Shown here piece by piece: positions 19,182-29,385 of a DNA stretch of 64,000 nt (its first letter is position 1; each line of letters starts with the position of its first letter). Origin of the DNA: an uncultured bacterium (GTDB lineage: Bacteria; Patescibacteriota; Microgenomatia; UBA1400; MFAQ01); the NCBI GenBank assembly GCA_963980225.1, contig CAXBYW010000004.1, forward strand, positions 13,007-77,006, written 5' to 3'. The position numbers and the translations under genes are program-made. The notes beneath the pieces were generated by a model. The model did not search any database, was not told the origin of the DNA, and saw only the letters and a program-made list of their open reading frames with translations.

Positions 19182-19354
19182 ATACTATTTTTGAACTTAT
19201 CTTGGGGGGTGTTATTTTGATCATTTTGGCAGTTTTTCTTAATCCGACTCATTTATTAATGCCTGATTCTATCAATACAATGTTGATGCTGGGGCTTTTA
19301 GTGGCGTTTTTAGTTTTTGTGGGAATGGTGTGGAGAGAAAGAGGTCAGCTCTGA
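19178..19354 (+). pseudogene. Probably truncated membrane partner of the XRE regulator (58 aa)
   Basis: ATGA overlap; MNTIFELILGGVILIILAVFLNPTHLLMP...GMVWRERGQL*. Confidence 0.55.
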
Positions 19355-19961
19355 TTTCAAGATAATTGATTTGATGGTATTTAAAAAGTACTTGCAAGAC
19401 AAGAAGATAAGGCGATTGTTGTTGGGGTTTTTGGCTTATCTCTTAACTCATGTGGTTTGGACGAGTAATTTAGCTTTGTACACTGACAGAAGATGGGGAT
19501 TTGATGCGCAGGATATTGGTTGGATGTTGGCTTATGTAGGGTTAGTGACTATCCTGTTCAGAGGCATGCTTATTTCTAAGATGATTGATAAGTGGGGAGA
19601 GGGTAAGTTACGATCTTGGGGAGTTATGGCAACAATTTTAGGGTTGGTAGGATTCTTAGGGAATGGAAGTATCTGGTCTTTGGGGATTACCTTATCTTTG
19701 TTTGCCTTTGGTAGTGGAGTGATTAGGCCATTAATGATGGGAAGTATTTCTAGGGGAGTGAGTGGGAAGGAGCAAGGAGCAATAATTGGACTGACTAATT
19801 CTTTAGGCAGTTTGGCTCAGATAGTGGGGCCATTGATTGGTGGTTATTTACTTACTTATCTGTTCCCACAAAGTGTGATTTTGATGTCTTTGGTGATTAT
19901 GGGGGTAGGTGGTTTCTTCATTCTTTCCAAGCGAGTTAATGGTAAAATGGGCAGTATATGA
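19347..19961 (+). pseudogene. C-terminal half of a TetA-like MFS transporter
   Basis: Six TM with MFS C-half motifs (KEQGAIIGLTNSLGSLAQIVGPLIGG); N-half absent. Confidence 0.65.
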
Positions 19962-20206
19962 AGACTAAAAAAAGAATATTCTTACCAAAATGGCAACGCT
20001 GGTTTATGGTGCCTCTTTTTGTGAGTATGTGGTTGTTTATTACCTATATGGAGTTTTTTAATCCAGACAACAGTGAAAACCTAGGTATAGTAGGATACGT
20101 TTTTATGAGTTTACTTTTCTTGGGGGTAGGTGTAATGATGTATCTGATGACCAGTGGGAAGCTGCCTGCTTATATTATCGAGGAGACGAAGGAGAAGGAA
20201 AAGTAG
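19958..20206 (+). CDS. Small two-TM hypothetical protein
   Basis: ORF with two hydrophobic helices. Confidence 0.65.
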   Translation: MKTKKRIFLPKWQRWFMVPLFVSMWLFITYMEFFNPDNSENLGIVGYVFMSLLFLGVGVMMYLMTSGKLPAYIIEETKEKEK

Positions 20207-20221
20207 TTTTTTAAAAGAAGT

Positions 20222-20686
20222 TTATTTTTTGAAGTAAGATTTTATCTGGAAGAGGAAGTACCAGGAAATGGCTGAGCCTACTACTAGTGACCCCAGATTG
20301 AAGGTTAGTAAGTTTTGTACAAAAGCAACAAGCGAAGAATAGAAGAGGAACTTCCAGCCTTGTTTTGTGCGTTTGAACAATCCAGGGAGAGCAACAGCGT
20401 TTAATATTATGATGGCGTAAGTGAAGATGAAGTTGAGGCTAAAGTTATAGCCGGATCTGATCCCCCCTAAGTAGCTAAAAGGCATGCTTATGGCGCCTAG
20501 ACCAAAGATGGCTAGGATTGCTGGAAGAGAGAAGACAAGAGAGACAAGGATTAACCAAGGGCCGTAATTAACGATGGCTTCTTTTAAGTTTTTAGGTAAT
20601 GCTGGAGCCTTTTTAACAAATATGTCTTCTAAGATGGATTCTAGGTTGGACATGTTTATTTTTTGTGTTTTAGTTTTTGCGGCCAT
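20222..20686 (-). CDS. Hypothetical membrane protein
   Basis: About 4 TM; ALPGLFKR..GW and YFLFQIKSYF. Confidence 0.7.
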   Translation of the reverse strand: MAAKTKTQKINMSNLESILEDIFVKKAPALPKNLKEAIVNYGPWLILVSLVFSLPAILAIFGLGAISMPFSYLGGIRSGYNFSLNFIFTYAIIILNAVALPGLFKRTKQGWKFLFYSSLVAFVQNLLTFNLGSLVVGSAISWYFLFQIKSYFKK

Positions 20687-20712
20687 AATAATTTTTTAAA
20701 TGATTAATAACT

Positions 20713-21132
20713 TTATTGTAGCAAAGTAGTCGATGGTTGTTTTTTTGAAGGAATAAAAACAAGGAAGGTACCAAGGGTAATGTAGACATCGGCGAGATTG
20801 AAAACAGAGAAAGGAAAGAAAGGAAGGAATAGCCAGTCTATGACGTAGCCTGAGATAGATCTGTCTAGAAAGTTACTTAAGCCGCCGGTGAAAATTAAAG
20901 ATAAAGCTAGGGTGAGACGCTTGTCTGTCTTTTTGGTGGTTTTTACAAGCCAGAGGAAAAGAGTAGTGAGTAGAATTAGGGAGAGGATGATTAATAGGGT
21001 GGGTTGGATGTTGAACAAGAACAGGCTGGTGTTTTTTTGATGGGGGAGATTTTGGGTAAAGATAATTTTTTTTGAAAGTTGATCAAGGAGAAGAAGAGAA
21101 AGACTGGTTAAGATAAGATTTTTTTTGGTCAT
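20713..21132 (-). CDS. lspA: Lipoprotein signal peptidase II
   Basis: DQLSK, GGLSNFLDR, VIDW, VFNLAD. Confidence 0.88.
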   Translation of the reverse strand: MTKKNLILTSLSLLLLDQLSKKIIFTQNLPHQKNTSLFLFNIQPTLLIILSLILLTTLFLWLVKTTKKTDKRLTLALSLIFTGGLSNFLDRSISGYVIDWLFLPFFPFSVFNLADVYITLGTFLVFIPSKKQPSTTLLQ

Positions 21133-21223
21133 GGTGTGTACATATTACCATTTGAAAGAAAATTGATGTTTGGAGAGTATTAAGGGTAGTTAATAAAATA
21201 GTTTGAGCGGAGGTGAGAATAAG

Positions 21224-21574
21224 ATGAAAAAAACAACAATAATATTAGGAGCAGTTGCTTTGGTTCTGGGAGGCTTGTTTAGCTTAACAGGAACGGTTAG
21301 TGCAAATGGAGAGACTAGAGGAAAGGGTTCTGAATACTCTAGAGAACGTCATGAAGTTATGGTGCAGATCTTTGAAAATGAAGATTTTGATGCCTGGCAG
21401 GAGATGATGCAGGACAGGGACAGGTTTGTTGAGATGGTGAACGAGGATACCTTTTCGAAGTTAGTTGAGGTTCACAATTTGAAGACTGAAGGTAAAATTG
21501 ATGAGGCTAGACAGATGAGAGAAGAGTTGGGCCTTAAAGGAGGACGTGGTGCAAAGAGAGACTGCCAGAGGTAG
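21224..21574 (+). CDS. Secreted helical hypothetical protein
   Basis: Signal peptide; SD GGAGGTG upstream. Confidence 0.7.
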   Translation: MKKTTIILGAVALVLGGLFSLTGTVSANGETRGKGSEYSRERHEVMVQIFENEDFDAWQEMMQDRDRFVEMVNEDTFSKLVEVHNLKTEGKIDEARQMREELGLKGGRGAKRDCQR

Positions 21575-21595
21575 TTTTTTGCAAAGAAAAGTTAA

Positions 21596-21619
21596 TTACC
21601 CCGTCGGGTGGCGGGGTAA
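21596..21619. other. GC-rich intergenic hairpin
   Basis: TTACCCCGTC-GGGT-GGCGGGGTAA. Confidence 0.5.
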
Positions 21620-21631
21620 AATTGTAATAAA

Positions 21632-22189
21632 ATGATAGAGATGAATGATTTATCAAAGTTGACTGACGAAAGGGTAGTTGAGGTGGTTAGAAAGGATAAT
21701 GATTCTTATAGTGAGATTATTAAACGATATCAAGAAAAATTATTAAGATACGCTACGTACTTGATTAAAGATGAAGAAAGGGCGGCTGATGTGGTTCAGA
21801 ATACTTTTATTAAGGTATATATAAATTTAAATGCTTTTCATACAAAGAAGAAGTTTTCTAGTTGGATATATAGAATTACTCACAATGAAGCAATGAATAT
21901 GGTTAAAAAATATAAAAAAGAGGTAATGATGAGTGAGGGTTTTGATGGGGATTCTGGGGTGGACATTGAAAAAGAGTATGGTGAAAAAGAGTTAGGACAG
22001 ATGATAAAAACCTGTCTTAATGAGGTACCCTTAAAATATAGGGAACCACTGAGCTTGCATTATTTAGAAGAAAAGTCGTATAAAGAGATAAGTGATATAT
22101 TACGTGTACCGATGGGGACGGTGGGAACTAGAATTAATAGAGGTAAGTTATTAATGAAAAAGATATGCCAAAAAAGAAAAATAAGGTAA
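21632..22189 (+). CDS. ECF sigma factor
   Basis: DVVQNTFIK, FSSWIYRITHN, SYKEISDILRVPMGTVGTRINR. Confidence 0.92.
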   Translation: MIEMNDLSKLTDERVVEVVRKDNDSYSEIIKRYQEKLLRYATYLIKDEERAADVVQNTFIKVYINLNAFHTKKKFSSWIYRITHNEAMNMVKKYKKEVMMSEGFDGDSGVDIEKEYGEKELGQMIKTCLNEVPLKYREPLSLHYLEEKSYKEISDILRVPMGTVGTRINRGKLLMKKICQKRKIR

Positions 22190-22644
22190 GACTAGAAGAA
22201 AAAATTATGCGTCAGATTAAGTCTGAGGCAATAAAGATGAAGCCTAAGTGGTATTTTGTGGCAGGCTCAAGCCTGTTGTTTGCTAGTTTGGTGATGTTGG
22301 GTATGGGAGTGATGTTTTTGGTTAACTTGATGTTTTTCTCTTTAAGGGTGCAGGGTCCAATGGTGGGTTGGAGGCTGACGATGATGTTAAGTCATTTCCC
22401 ATGGTGGGGATTGGCCTTGTCTATTTTGGGAGTAGTGGTGGGGATTAAGCTACTGAAAAGATATGATTTTTCATACAAGAAAAACTTTAACTTGATAGTG
22501 GTGATTTTTGTACTAACGATGTTGGTGGCTGGTCTATTGTTTGACAGGATGGGTTTGAACGAGAGAATAATGAAAAGAAGACCAAGACTTAAGTTTTACC
22601 AAGTAATTGAGCGAACTGTGGGGAATGGTAGAATATATCGATGA
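22165..22644 (+). CDS. Membrane protein, putative anti-sigma factor
   Basis: 3 TM; overlaps the ECF gene end. Confidence 0.55.
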   Translation: MPKKKNKVRLEEKIMRQIKSEAIKMKPKWYFVAGSSLLFASLVMLGMGVMFLVNLMFFSLRVQGPMVGWRLTMMLSHFPWWGLALSILGVVVGIKLLKRYDFSYKKNFNLIVVIFVLTMLVAGLLFDRMGLNERIMKRRPRLKFYQVIERTVGNGRIYR

Positions 22645-23387
22645 GTGACTTGGTAAATATAGTACTTCTTTCTTTGTTGGGTGGGGCAATTGCTTTGCTG
22701 GGTGGTTTGATATTCTTGTTTGTTAAAAAATGGTCTGATACTTTAACTAAGTACTCGGTGCCCTTTGCTGCTGGGGTTTTGGTAACGGTAGCTTTGATTG
22801 GTCTGCTCCCGGAAGTGGTTCATCAAGTTGGAGAAAAAGGATTCTTGGTTGTTTTGATTACTTTCTTTGGAGCATATTTATTTGAACAGTTTGCTTGTGA
22901 TCTACATCACCATGACCATAATCATGATGGAGACCCAAGTTGTACGACTTCCATACCTTTGATAATAATGGGGGATACTCTTCACAACTTTATAGATGGA
23001 GTGGCTATCGCAGCGGCCTACTTACTTAACCCTGGTTTGGGATTGGTGACAGCCCTTTCCACATTACTGCATGAAATACCTCACGAGATAGGGGATTTTG
23101 GGATCTTGCTAAAGGCGGGTTGGAAAAAAAGAAAGATCTTGACGGTTAACTTAATATCGTCTTTGTTTACTGTTGCAGGTGCCTTAATGGTGTATTTTAT
23201 GAATTTTTCTGGGGCGATGATTGGAAACTTATTGGCGGTAGCAGCAGGGATGTTTTTATATCTTGGGGCCAGTGACTTTTTACCACATGCTAATGAAGGA
23301 GCTTCTAAAAGTAAGTCAGTTTTAGTGCTGATTCTTGGAGCGTTGGTTATGTATGGGGCGCTAAGTATCGTGCCTCACTCCCACTAA
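22641..23387 (+). CDS. ZIP-family metal (zinc) transporter
   Basis: His-rich loop HHHDHNH, LHNFIDG, LHEIPHE. Confidence 0.92.
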   Translation: MSDLVNIVLLSLLGGAIALLGGLIFLFVKKWSDTLTKYSVPFAAGVLVTVALIGLLPEVVHQVGEKGFLVVLITFFGAYLFEQFACDLHHHDHNHDGDPSCTTSIPLIIMGDTLHNFIDGVAIAAAYLLNPGLGLVTALSTLLHEIPHEIGDFGILLKAGWKKRKILTVNLISSLFTVAGALMVYFMNFSGAMIGNLLAVAAGMFLYLGASDFLPHANEGASKSKSVLVLILGALVMYGALSIVPHSH

Positions 23388-23389
23388 GA

Positions 23390-24052
23390 TTACCAGTTTA
23401 TTGTGTCTTGGTTGTTTTGTTTTAAGTACGTGTTGGCCTTAGAGAAATGTTTAGATCCAAAGAAACCAGAGTAGGCGGAAAAAGGAGAAGGGTGCGACGC
23501 TTCTAGGATCAGGTGTTTTTGTTGGTCGATGTTTACCCCTTTTTTCTTGGCGTAGTTGCCCCAGAGCATGAAGACGACGTTTGCTTTTTTATCTGAGATA
23601 GTTTTTATAACGGCGTCGGTAAATTCTTCCCAACCTTGGTTTTGGTGGGAACCAGCTTGGTGGGCTCTGACAGTAAGAGTGGCGTTTAAGAGTAGAACTC
23701 CTTGTTTGGTCCAGTGAGTTAGGTTGCCGGAGTTGTCGATCACCTGACCGATGTCCTTTTTGATTTCTTTGTAGATGTTTTGTAAGGATGGAGGAGGCGG
23801 TGTGGGGGGGAGGACGGAAAAACAAAGACCGTGGGCTTGGTTGGGGCCGTGGTAAGGATCTTGACCTAAGATGACTACCTTGACCTTGTTAAATGGAGTG
23901 GAGTCGAAGGCGTTGAAGATGAGTTTCGCGGGCGGGTAGATTGTTTTAGAGTTGTATTCTTTTTTAACAAAGTTGGTTAGACCCTCAAAGTATGGCTGGT
24001 TAAATTCTGGTTTTAAGACTTTTTTCCAGGAGGCTTCAATCTTTACGCTCAT
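23390..24052 (-). CDS. ung: Uracil-DNA glycosylase family 1
   Basis: GQDPYH, GVLLLN, HPSP. Confidence 0.96.
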   Translation of the reverse strand: MSVKIEASWKKVLKPEFNQPYFEGLTNFVKKEYNSKTIYPPAKLIFNAFDSTPFNKVKVVILGQDPYHGPNQAHGLCFSVLPPTPPPPSLQNIYKEIKKDIGQVIDNSGNLTHWTKQGVLLLNATLTVRAHQAGSHQNQGWEEFTDAVIKTISDKKANVVFMLWGNYAKKKGVNIDQQKHLILEASHPSPFSAYSGFFGSKHFSKANTYLKQNNQDTINW

Positions 24053-25419
24053 GTGTACTGTAGGATGGTTTGGAAGCAAAAGTATCCAAGGAAGAAGAAG
24101 GCGGAGATAAGAATGAGGTTTCTTGCTAAGTTGGGTCGGAGGGGCTTAGGGAGTTTGAAGTTGTTTAAGTAAAGTAGGATGCCGGTATATATGAACATGG
24201 CAAAGGCATTTAAGACTGCGCCTAAGATGATTAGTTGTTGAGGTTGATTGAAGCTTGAGGAGAAAACGGCGATGCCGAAGAATATCTGTAACCAGAGAGC
24301 TAAAAAATAGGTTTTACTTATGTTGCCTGGTTTTTTCTTTAGTAAGTGGGTGTTTTCGGAGATTATTCTGCTGGTGGAGTCTAGTATGCCTAGTTGGGTA
24401 GATAGGAGCATTAGTCCGGTTATGCTTAAAAATGCAGCCCCAATTAAAGGAAATGTTCTTTGAGTTATGGCAGAGGCCTGGTTAAATAAGAAGTTTAACC
24501 CCTCTTGGTTGTTGGTGCTTTCACCAGCGGTGATGTAGGCTAGCAAGCCAAGGGTAAGCATGGTTAGGAAGCCTAAGAGCCAGAAGACAATAAAGTGTTC
24601 TTTGTTTATTACTTTCCACCATTTTTTAAAGTTTTGAAGGTTTTTGTCGGTTAAAGGAAAGGTATTGCCGGTAAGAGAGATGTTTTTGGTTGACCTTATA
24701 TTGGTTATTTTGTCGGCAAACAGGCCCATACCGTAACCTTTGTCTCTTATATAGAAGGATTGAGCTAAATTCAGGTTTCCACCAGCGCCAGAGTAGGCTA
24801 GAGCGCCCAAGAAGGTACCCAGAGATATACCAGCAGGGAGGAATAGATAACCATTACCTTGGCCGACTAGGCCTTGGGTTAAGGCGATTAAATCTTGGGA
24901 TCCAGCTAGGTAGAGAGTGAGGATGATGATGAAAGGAACTCCAATGAAAATTAAGATTTTTTGTAAGGATTCTGTGGTTTTGTAGATGCTCCTTCCAAAA
25001 GAGAGAATGAGCCCGATGAGGATGAAAACAATGGTGGCTATTAGTTGGGGGTTATTTATGTTGAATATGTGGGAGATAACCGTGGCTCCGGCTAGTCCGA
25101 TGCCAGGCCATCCAAAACTTATGAAGGTAGAGAAGATAAACCAGGCGGGTAGCCAACGTAGAAGTTTTTTAAAACCGACGAAGACGCTTTCTCCATATAT
25201 TAAGGCGTAACGCTCTATCTCCATATTAATGAAGAACTGGATGGTGATACCTAGGAGCATGCCCCAGACCAACCCTAGTCCGTGAGTAGAAGTAAGAAGA
25301 GGCCAGAGAATGATCTCGCCACTACCTAGACCTAATCCCAAGAGAATGAAACTAGGACCGATGATTTTTTTTAGAGAGGGAGGAGAAGGTAAGTCCTTTA
25401 ATTTTGTCTCTTTAATCAT
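24049..25419 (-). CDS. Nramp-family/APC-fold transporter
   Basis: IGPSFILLGLGLGSGE; about 11 TM. Confidence 0.7.
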   Translation of the reverse strand: MIKETKLKDLPSPPSLKKIIGPSFILLGLGLGSGEIILWPLLTSTHGLGLVWGMLLGITIQFFINMEIERYALIYGESVFVGFKKLLRWLPAWFIFSTFISFGWPGIGLAGATVISHIFNINNPQLIATIVFILIGLILSFGRSIYKTTESLQKILIFIGVPFIIILTLYLAGSQDLIALTQGLVGQGNGYLFLPAGISLGTFLGALAYSGAGGNLNLAQSFYIRDKGYGMGLFADKITNIRSTKNISLTGNTFPLTDKNLQNFKKWWKVINKEHFIVFWLLGFLTMLTLGLLAYITAGESTNNQEGLNFLFNQASAITQRTFPLIGAAFLSITGLMLLSTQLGILDSTSRIISENTHLLKKKPGNISKTYFLALWLQIFFGIAVFSSSFNQPQQLIILGAVLNAFAMFIYTGILLYLNNFKLPKPLRPNLARNLILISAFFFLGYFCFQTILQYT

Positions 25420-25443
25420 AGCTTTGAGTATATAATGAAAGTT

Positions 25444-26139
25444 ATGAATAAGGATGATTACATCAAATTAACGGTGGGAGCGCTGAAATCTTTGATAAAA
25501 CCTGGTGGAACTAAAAAGAAATTACCCAAGATCGAAAGTGAGAAGTATCCAGAAATATATGTATTTAGACATGGGGAGACTTTTGATAATCGAAATCTAG
25601 TTTTTTGTGGTTGGAGAGACTCGAAAATAACTAATGTGGGCAAGAAACAAGCCGGTATGTTGACCGAAAAGCTGAAAAATAAAAAGATTGATGTATGTAT
25701 TACTTCACACTTAAGTAGGTCCATCGATACTGCCAAGATTGCCCTCAAAGGAAAGAAGGTTAAATTTGAGGTGGATGATAGGATAATCGAGAGAAATTAT
25801 GGGAAGTTGTCAGGTACCAGTAAGGCAAAGATTTTAGAAACTGATCCGGTCAAGGCGGTGAAGTATCGTCGGTTTTATGATTTTGCACCTCCTAAAGGAG
25901 AGAGTATGAAGGTAGTGAGAAAACGAGTGTTTAAGTTTTGTCGACAGTTGCTAAAACGGATGAGGAAGACAGGGGAAAACGTAGCTATTTCTTGTCACGG
26001 GAATAGTATGAAGATGATAAGATTTTACTTTGAAAAGATGGACTTAGTAGATGTGCTGACGCAGGAGAATCCATTGGGTACGGACTATGCGGAGTATGTA
26101 GTAACGCCTAAGGGATTTAAGGTTTCTAAGACGATTTAA
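25444..26139 (+). CDS. Histidine phosphatase / cofactor-dependent phosphoglycerate mutase family
   Basis: RHGET, ERNYG, CHG; start chosen 7 nt after TATAAT (alternative 25435). Confidence 0.85.
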   Translation: MNKDDYIKLTVGALKSLIKPGGTKKKLPKIESEKYPEIYVFRHGETFDNRNLVFCGWRDSKITNVGKKQAGMLTEKLKNKKIDVCITSHLSRSIDTAKIALKGKKVKFEVDDRIIERNYGKLSGTSKAKILETDPVKAVKYRRFYDFAPPKGESMKVVRKRVFKFCRQLLKRMRKTGENVAISCHGNSMKMIRFYFEKMDLVDVLTQENPLGTDYAEYVVTPKGFKVSKTI

Positions 26140-26561
26140 GGGGTGGTGAAGGTAAGGTCGCTAGTGACGATTGGGTTTTGATTGACTGGTTTGAGAGTAA
26201 TATTGAAGAGGTAGTCGGTTTGTTTGATGAGGTTTTTTAAGGTGATTGCGTGAGAGGTTTGAGGATCATCTGAGATCGAGATAACTTCTTTTCCTGAAGG
26301 GGTGGTGAGACTTAGTTGGCTGGTGACTGGTATCTTAGTAGAAAAAGAAATTACTATTTGATTGGATGAGATAGGAGTAATTAAGGGGTTGGAGTAGATA
26401 GTGTTGGCTTGGGTGCGGGTTTCTTGGTTACTTTTTACTTGTTTTAGAGTTAAAGGAAGAACGGATACAGCGGTTAACAAGGTAAAACTCAAAAAAAGAG
26501 TGGAGAGAATGGCTTTGGTGGGTGAGTCCCAGTAGCGACGTTTTTCTATTGAATTGCTCAT
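26136..26561 (-). CDS. Membrane-anchored FN3-like protein
   Basis: N-terminal TM; HAITLKNL...YLF...LTFTT. Confidence 0.6.
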   Translation of the reverse strand: MSNSIEKRRYWDSPTKAILSTLFLSFTLLTAVSVLPLTLKQVKSNQETRTQANTIYSNPLITPISSNQIVISFSTKIPVTSQLSLTTPSGKEVISISDDPQTSHAITLKNLIKQTDYLFNITLKPVNQNPIVTSDLTFTTP

Positions 26562-26687
26562 AATAATATTGTATCAGTTCGAATAAGTATTGGTGTGTGA
26601 TGGTTGAAAAGATAATTTATCGTTTTCATTTTGGTATAATGTTTTATATTACATTTTAACCTGTTTGAAAGCGAGGTGAATTAAGAG

Positions 26688-26978
26688 ATGAATTCTAGTA
26701 ATGGAGATGTAGGAACACGTTTGTATGTGGGTAATTTGCCATATTCTATGCGCACACCTGATCTATTTAAACTTTTTTCTGAGTACGGTGAGATAGTGGA
26801 TTCTGTGGTAATGATGGAACCTGATAACAAAGAAAGAAGTAGGGGTTTTGGTTTTGTGACAATGAAAGATGCTTCGGCAGCCGAGAAGGCAGTGTTAGCA
26901 GTAAACGGAACGGAAATTTTAGGTAGAGAAATGACTTGCAATATTGCTAAACCACGAGAGCCCAGACTTGATTTTTAA
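26688..26978 (+). CDS. RRM RNA-binding protein
   Basis: RNP2 LYVGNL; RNP1 RGFGFVTM. Confidence 0.93.
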   Translation: MNSSNGDVGTRLYVGNLPYSMRTPDLFKLFSEYGEIVDSVVMMEPDNKERSRGFGFVTMKDASAAEKAVLAVNGTEILGREMTCNIAKPREPRLDF

Positions 26979-26989
26979 GGTAGAATGGG

Positions 26990-28324
26990 ATGATGAGGTT
27001 GAAGTTTTTAGGAGCAGCTGGAATGGTAACGGGATCTTGTTATTTTCTGCAAGGGGTTAGTGGTAGCTTGGTGGTGGATATGGGAATGTTTCAAGGTTTA
27101 AATAGTAGAGAGTTAAATACTAAGTGGCCGGAGATCGATGTTAGCAACCTTAAGGGGGTACTAGTAACTCATGCCCACTTGGATCATGGAGGTAGATTAC
27201 CTTTGTTGGTAAAGATGGGATATAAGGGTAAGGTGTACATGACGGCGGCGACCAGAGATTTGGTAGAGTTATCCTTACATGATACGGTTAAGATTAGTCG
27301 TGAAAGTCATGGAGATAAGTTGTTTGGGGAAGAGGAAGTTATGCAGCTTTTGAGTCAGGTGGAAATTTTAGAGATTGGAGAAACGAAAGTTTTGGATGAG
27401 TTTAAGGTAAGTTTTTTGAGAGCCGGTCATATTTTAGGAGCAGTAAGTGTGTTGGTAGAGGCCCAAAAAAAACGAATTGTGTTTAGTGGAGACTTGGGGA
27501 CAGGGGAGTCTCCTTTGATCAAGCCACCGGAACCACCAGAAAAGGCTGATGTGGTGGTGTTGGAGTCTACTTATGGAGATAGGTTGCATGAAAATGAAGA
27601 TGAAGAGAAAATTTTAAAGGAAGAGATAAAGCAAATAAGTGAGAGTAATGGGGTTCTTCTGTTGCCGGTATTTTCTATTCAAAGGTCTCAGAGAGTGTTA
27701 CATTTGTTGGATCATATTCAAAAAAAGGGTGGTTTACCTGGTGGTATGAAGGTGTATTTTGATAGTCCTATGGCAATTGAAGCAACCAAGATTTTTGGTA
27801 AGTACAGACAGTATTATGGTGGGGAGATGGCAAACCATTCTAAAAAAGATGATCCGTTTGAGTTTCCTGGATTGGTGGTAACAAGAGATGCTTGGGAGAA
27901 AAAGATAATAAGAAAGGACAAGGGTGCAAAGATAATTGTGGCGGGAAGTGGAATGATGAGTGGAGGGAGAATGATGGGACACGCAAAGGAATACTTGTCT
28001 AAAAAGAATACAAGATTATTGATTGTTGGTTATCAGGCTGTAGGAACCTTGGGAAGGAAGATTGTGAACGGAGATAAGTTAGTAAATATTGACGGTGTGG
28101 ATGTGGATGTAAAAGCTGGAATAAGGCAGATTCACTCTATGAGTGCACATGCAGATCAAGAACAACTACTTTTATGGTTGTCTAAAATTAAAGGAGTAGA
28201 AAAAGTAATATTGACTCATGGTGAGGATGAACCAAGACAGGTTTTGGGTGAAAAGGTGAAAACTATGTTTGGAGTAGGTGTGGAGAAACCCTTACTCAAT
28301 GAAGATATAGGAGTGATAGAATAG
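26990..28324 (+). CDS. MBL/beta-CASP ribonuclease
   Basis: THAHLDH, AGHILG, FSGD, ESTYG, SAHAD, HGE. Confidence 0.92.
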   Translation: MMRLKFLGAAGMVTGSCYFLQGVSGSLVVDMGMFQGLNSRELNTKWPEIDVSNLKGVLVTHAHLDHGGRLPLLVKMGYKGKVYMTAATRDLVELSLHDTVKISRESHGDKLFGEEEVMQLLSQVEILEIGETKVLDEFKVSFLRAGHILGAVSVLVEAQKKRIVFSGDLGTGESPLIKPPEPPEKADVVVLESTYGDRLHENEDEEKILKEEIKQISESNGVLLLPVFSIQRSQRVLHLLDHIQKKGGLPGGMKVYFDSPMAIEATKIFGKYRQYYGGEMANHSKKDDPFEFPGLVVTRDAWEKKIIRKDKGAKIIVAGSGMMSGGRMMGHAKEYLSKKNTRLLIVGYQAVGTLGRKIVNGDKLVNIDGVDVDVKAGIRQIHSMSAHADQEQLLLWLSKIKGVEKVILTHGEDEPRQVLGEKVKTMFGVGVEKPLLNEDIGVIE

Positions 28325-28331
28325 CTAGACT

Positions 28332-28958
28332 ATGATTGAGGTAATTTTTGATGTAGAGACCCAGAAGTTGTTTGAAGAAATAGAAGATCGTGATCCGGGA
28401 AAATTGTTGGTGTCGGTTGTTAGTTTATATCGAAGAGAGTTAGATGAGAGCCTTAGAGAGATTAGTGGGGCGATGAAAAGTTTTTGGATAGATGAAGCTG
28501 GTAGAGAACCTAGGATAGGTGGAATGTGGTCGTGGTTTGAGGAAGCAGATAGAATTGTTGGGTTTAATTCTCTTGGTTTTGATGTGCCGGCTTTACAACC
28601 TCTTTATGAGAATGATTTCAGTAAGCTTAATCATTTTGATTTGTTGGAAAAAGTTAAAAATGTTTTGGGCCATAGGTTGAGTTTGGATGCCATTGCTAAG
28701 GAAACCTTGGGGAAGACTAAAAGTGGTGTGGGTACGCAGGCAGTGGAGTGGTGGAAGGCGGGGGATGATAAAAGCTTGGATTTATTAAAAAAATATTGCG
28801 AAATGGATGTGATAGTGACGAAGGATGTATATGATTTTGGGTTGGAAAACAGACACTTGAAGTTTATGGATAAGTGGAATGAGTTACGAGAAGTGGAAGT
28901 AGATTTCTCTTATCCTAAAGAAGTGGAAGAGGGTGAAACTCAGATGGGATTGTTTTAA
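28332..28958 (+). CDS. RNase H-like (DEDD/YprB-type) 3'-5' exonuclease
   Basis: FDVET, GFNSLGFD, YCEMDV. Confidence 0.8.
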   Translation: MIEVIFDVETQKLFEEIEDRDPGKLLVSVVSLYRRELDESLREISGAMKSFWIDEAGREPRIGGMWSWFEEADRIVGFNSLGFDVPALQPLYENDFSKLNHFDLLEKVKNVLGHRLSLDAIAKETLGKTKSGVGTQAVEWWKAGDDKSLDLLKKYCEMDVIVTKDVYDFGLENRHLKFMDKWNELREVEVDFSYPKEVEEGETQMGLF

Positions 28959-28987
28959 AGCCTAACATGGAGTAAAATACTCTACGT

Positions 28988-29380
28988 ATGAGTTTATTTA
29001 AATTAACTAAAAGAGCAGACTATGCTTTATCACTTTTGGCCCTTTTATCTGGGAAACCAAAAGGTGAGAGAGTAAGTTTGTCTCAGATGGAGTCTTTGGG
29101 AATGCCAAAGGCCTTTATGGCGCAAATTGCCAAGGATTTGGTAGATGGCAAGGTGCTTATCTCTAAGGAAGGAAAGGGTGGTGGTTATAGTTTGGTAAAA
29201 GAACCTGGTGAAGTGACAGTAAAAGAAGCGTTGGAGGTTTTGGAGGGAGAGATTTTACCGGTTGATTGTAATGATTGTGGGGCCAGTGATGGATGTAGCC
29301 AAAAAAGTTTTATGGCTGGTTTTGCAGATGAAATTGGAGAGATGCTCTCTAGTTACACGTTAATTGATTTATCAAGTTAA
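28988..29380 (+). CDS. Rrf2-family regulator
   Basis: DYAL, SKEGKGGGYSL, three Cys; heads the suf operon. Confidence 0.9.
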   Translation: MSLFKLTKRADYALSLLALLSGKPKGERVSLSQMESLGMPKAFMAQIAKDLVDGKVLISKEGKGGGYSLVKEPGEVTVKEALEVLEGEILPVDCNDCGASDGCSQKSFMAGFADEIGEMLSSYTLIDLSS

Positions 29381-29385
29381 GAAAT

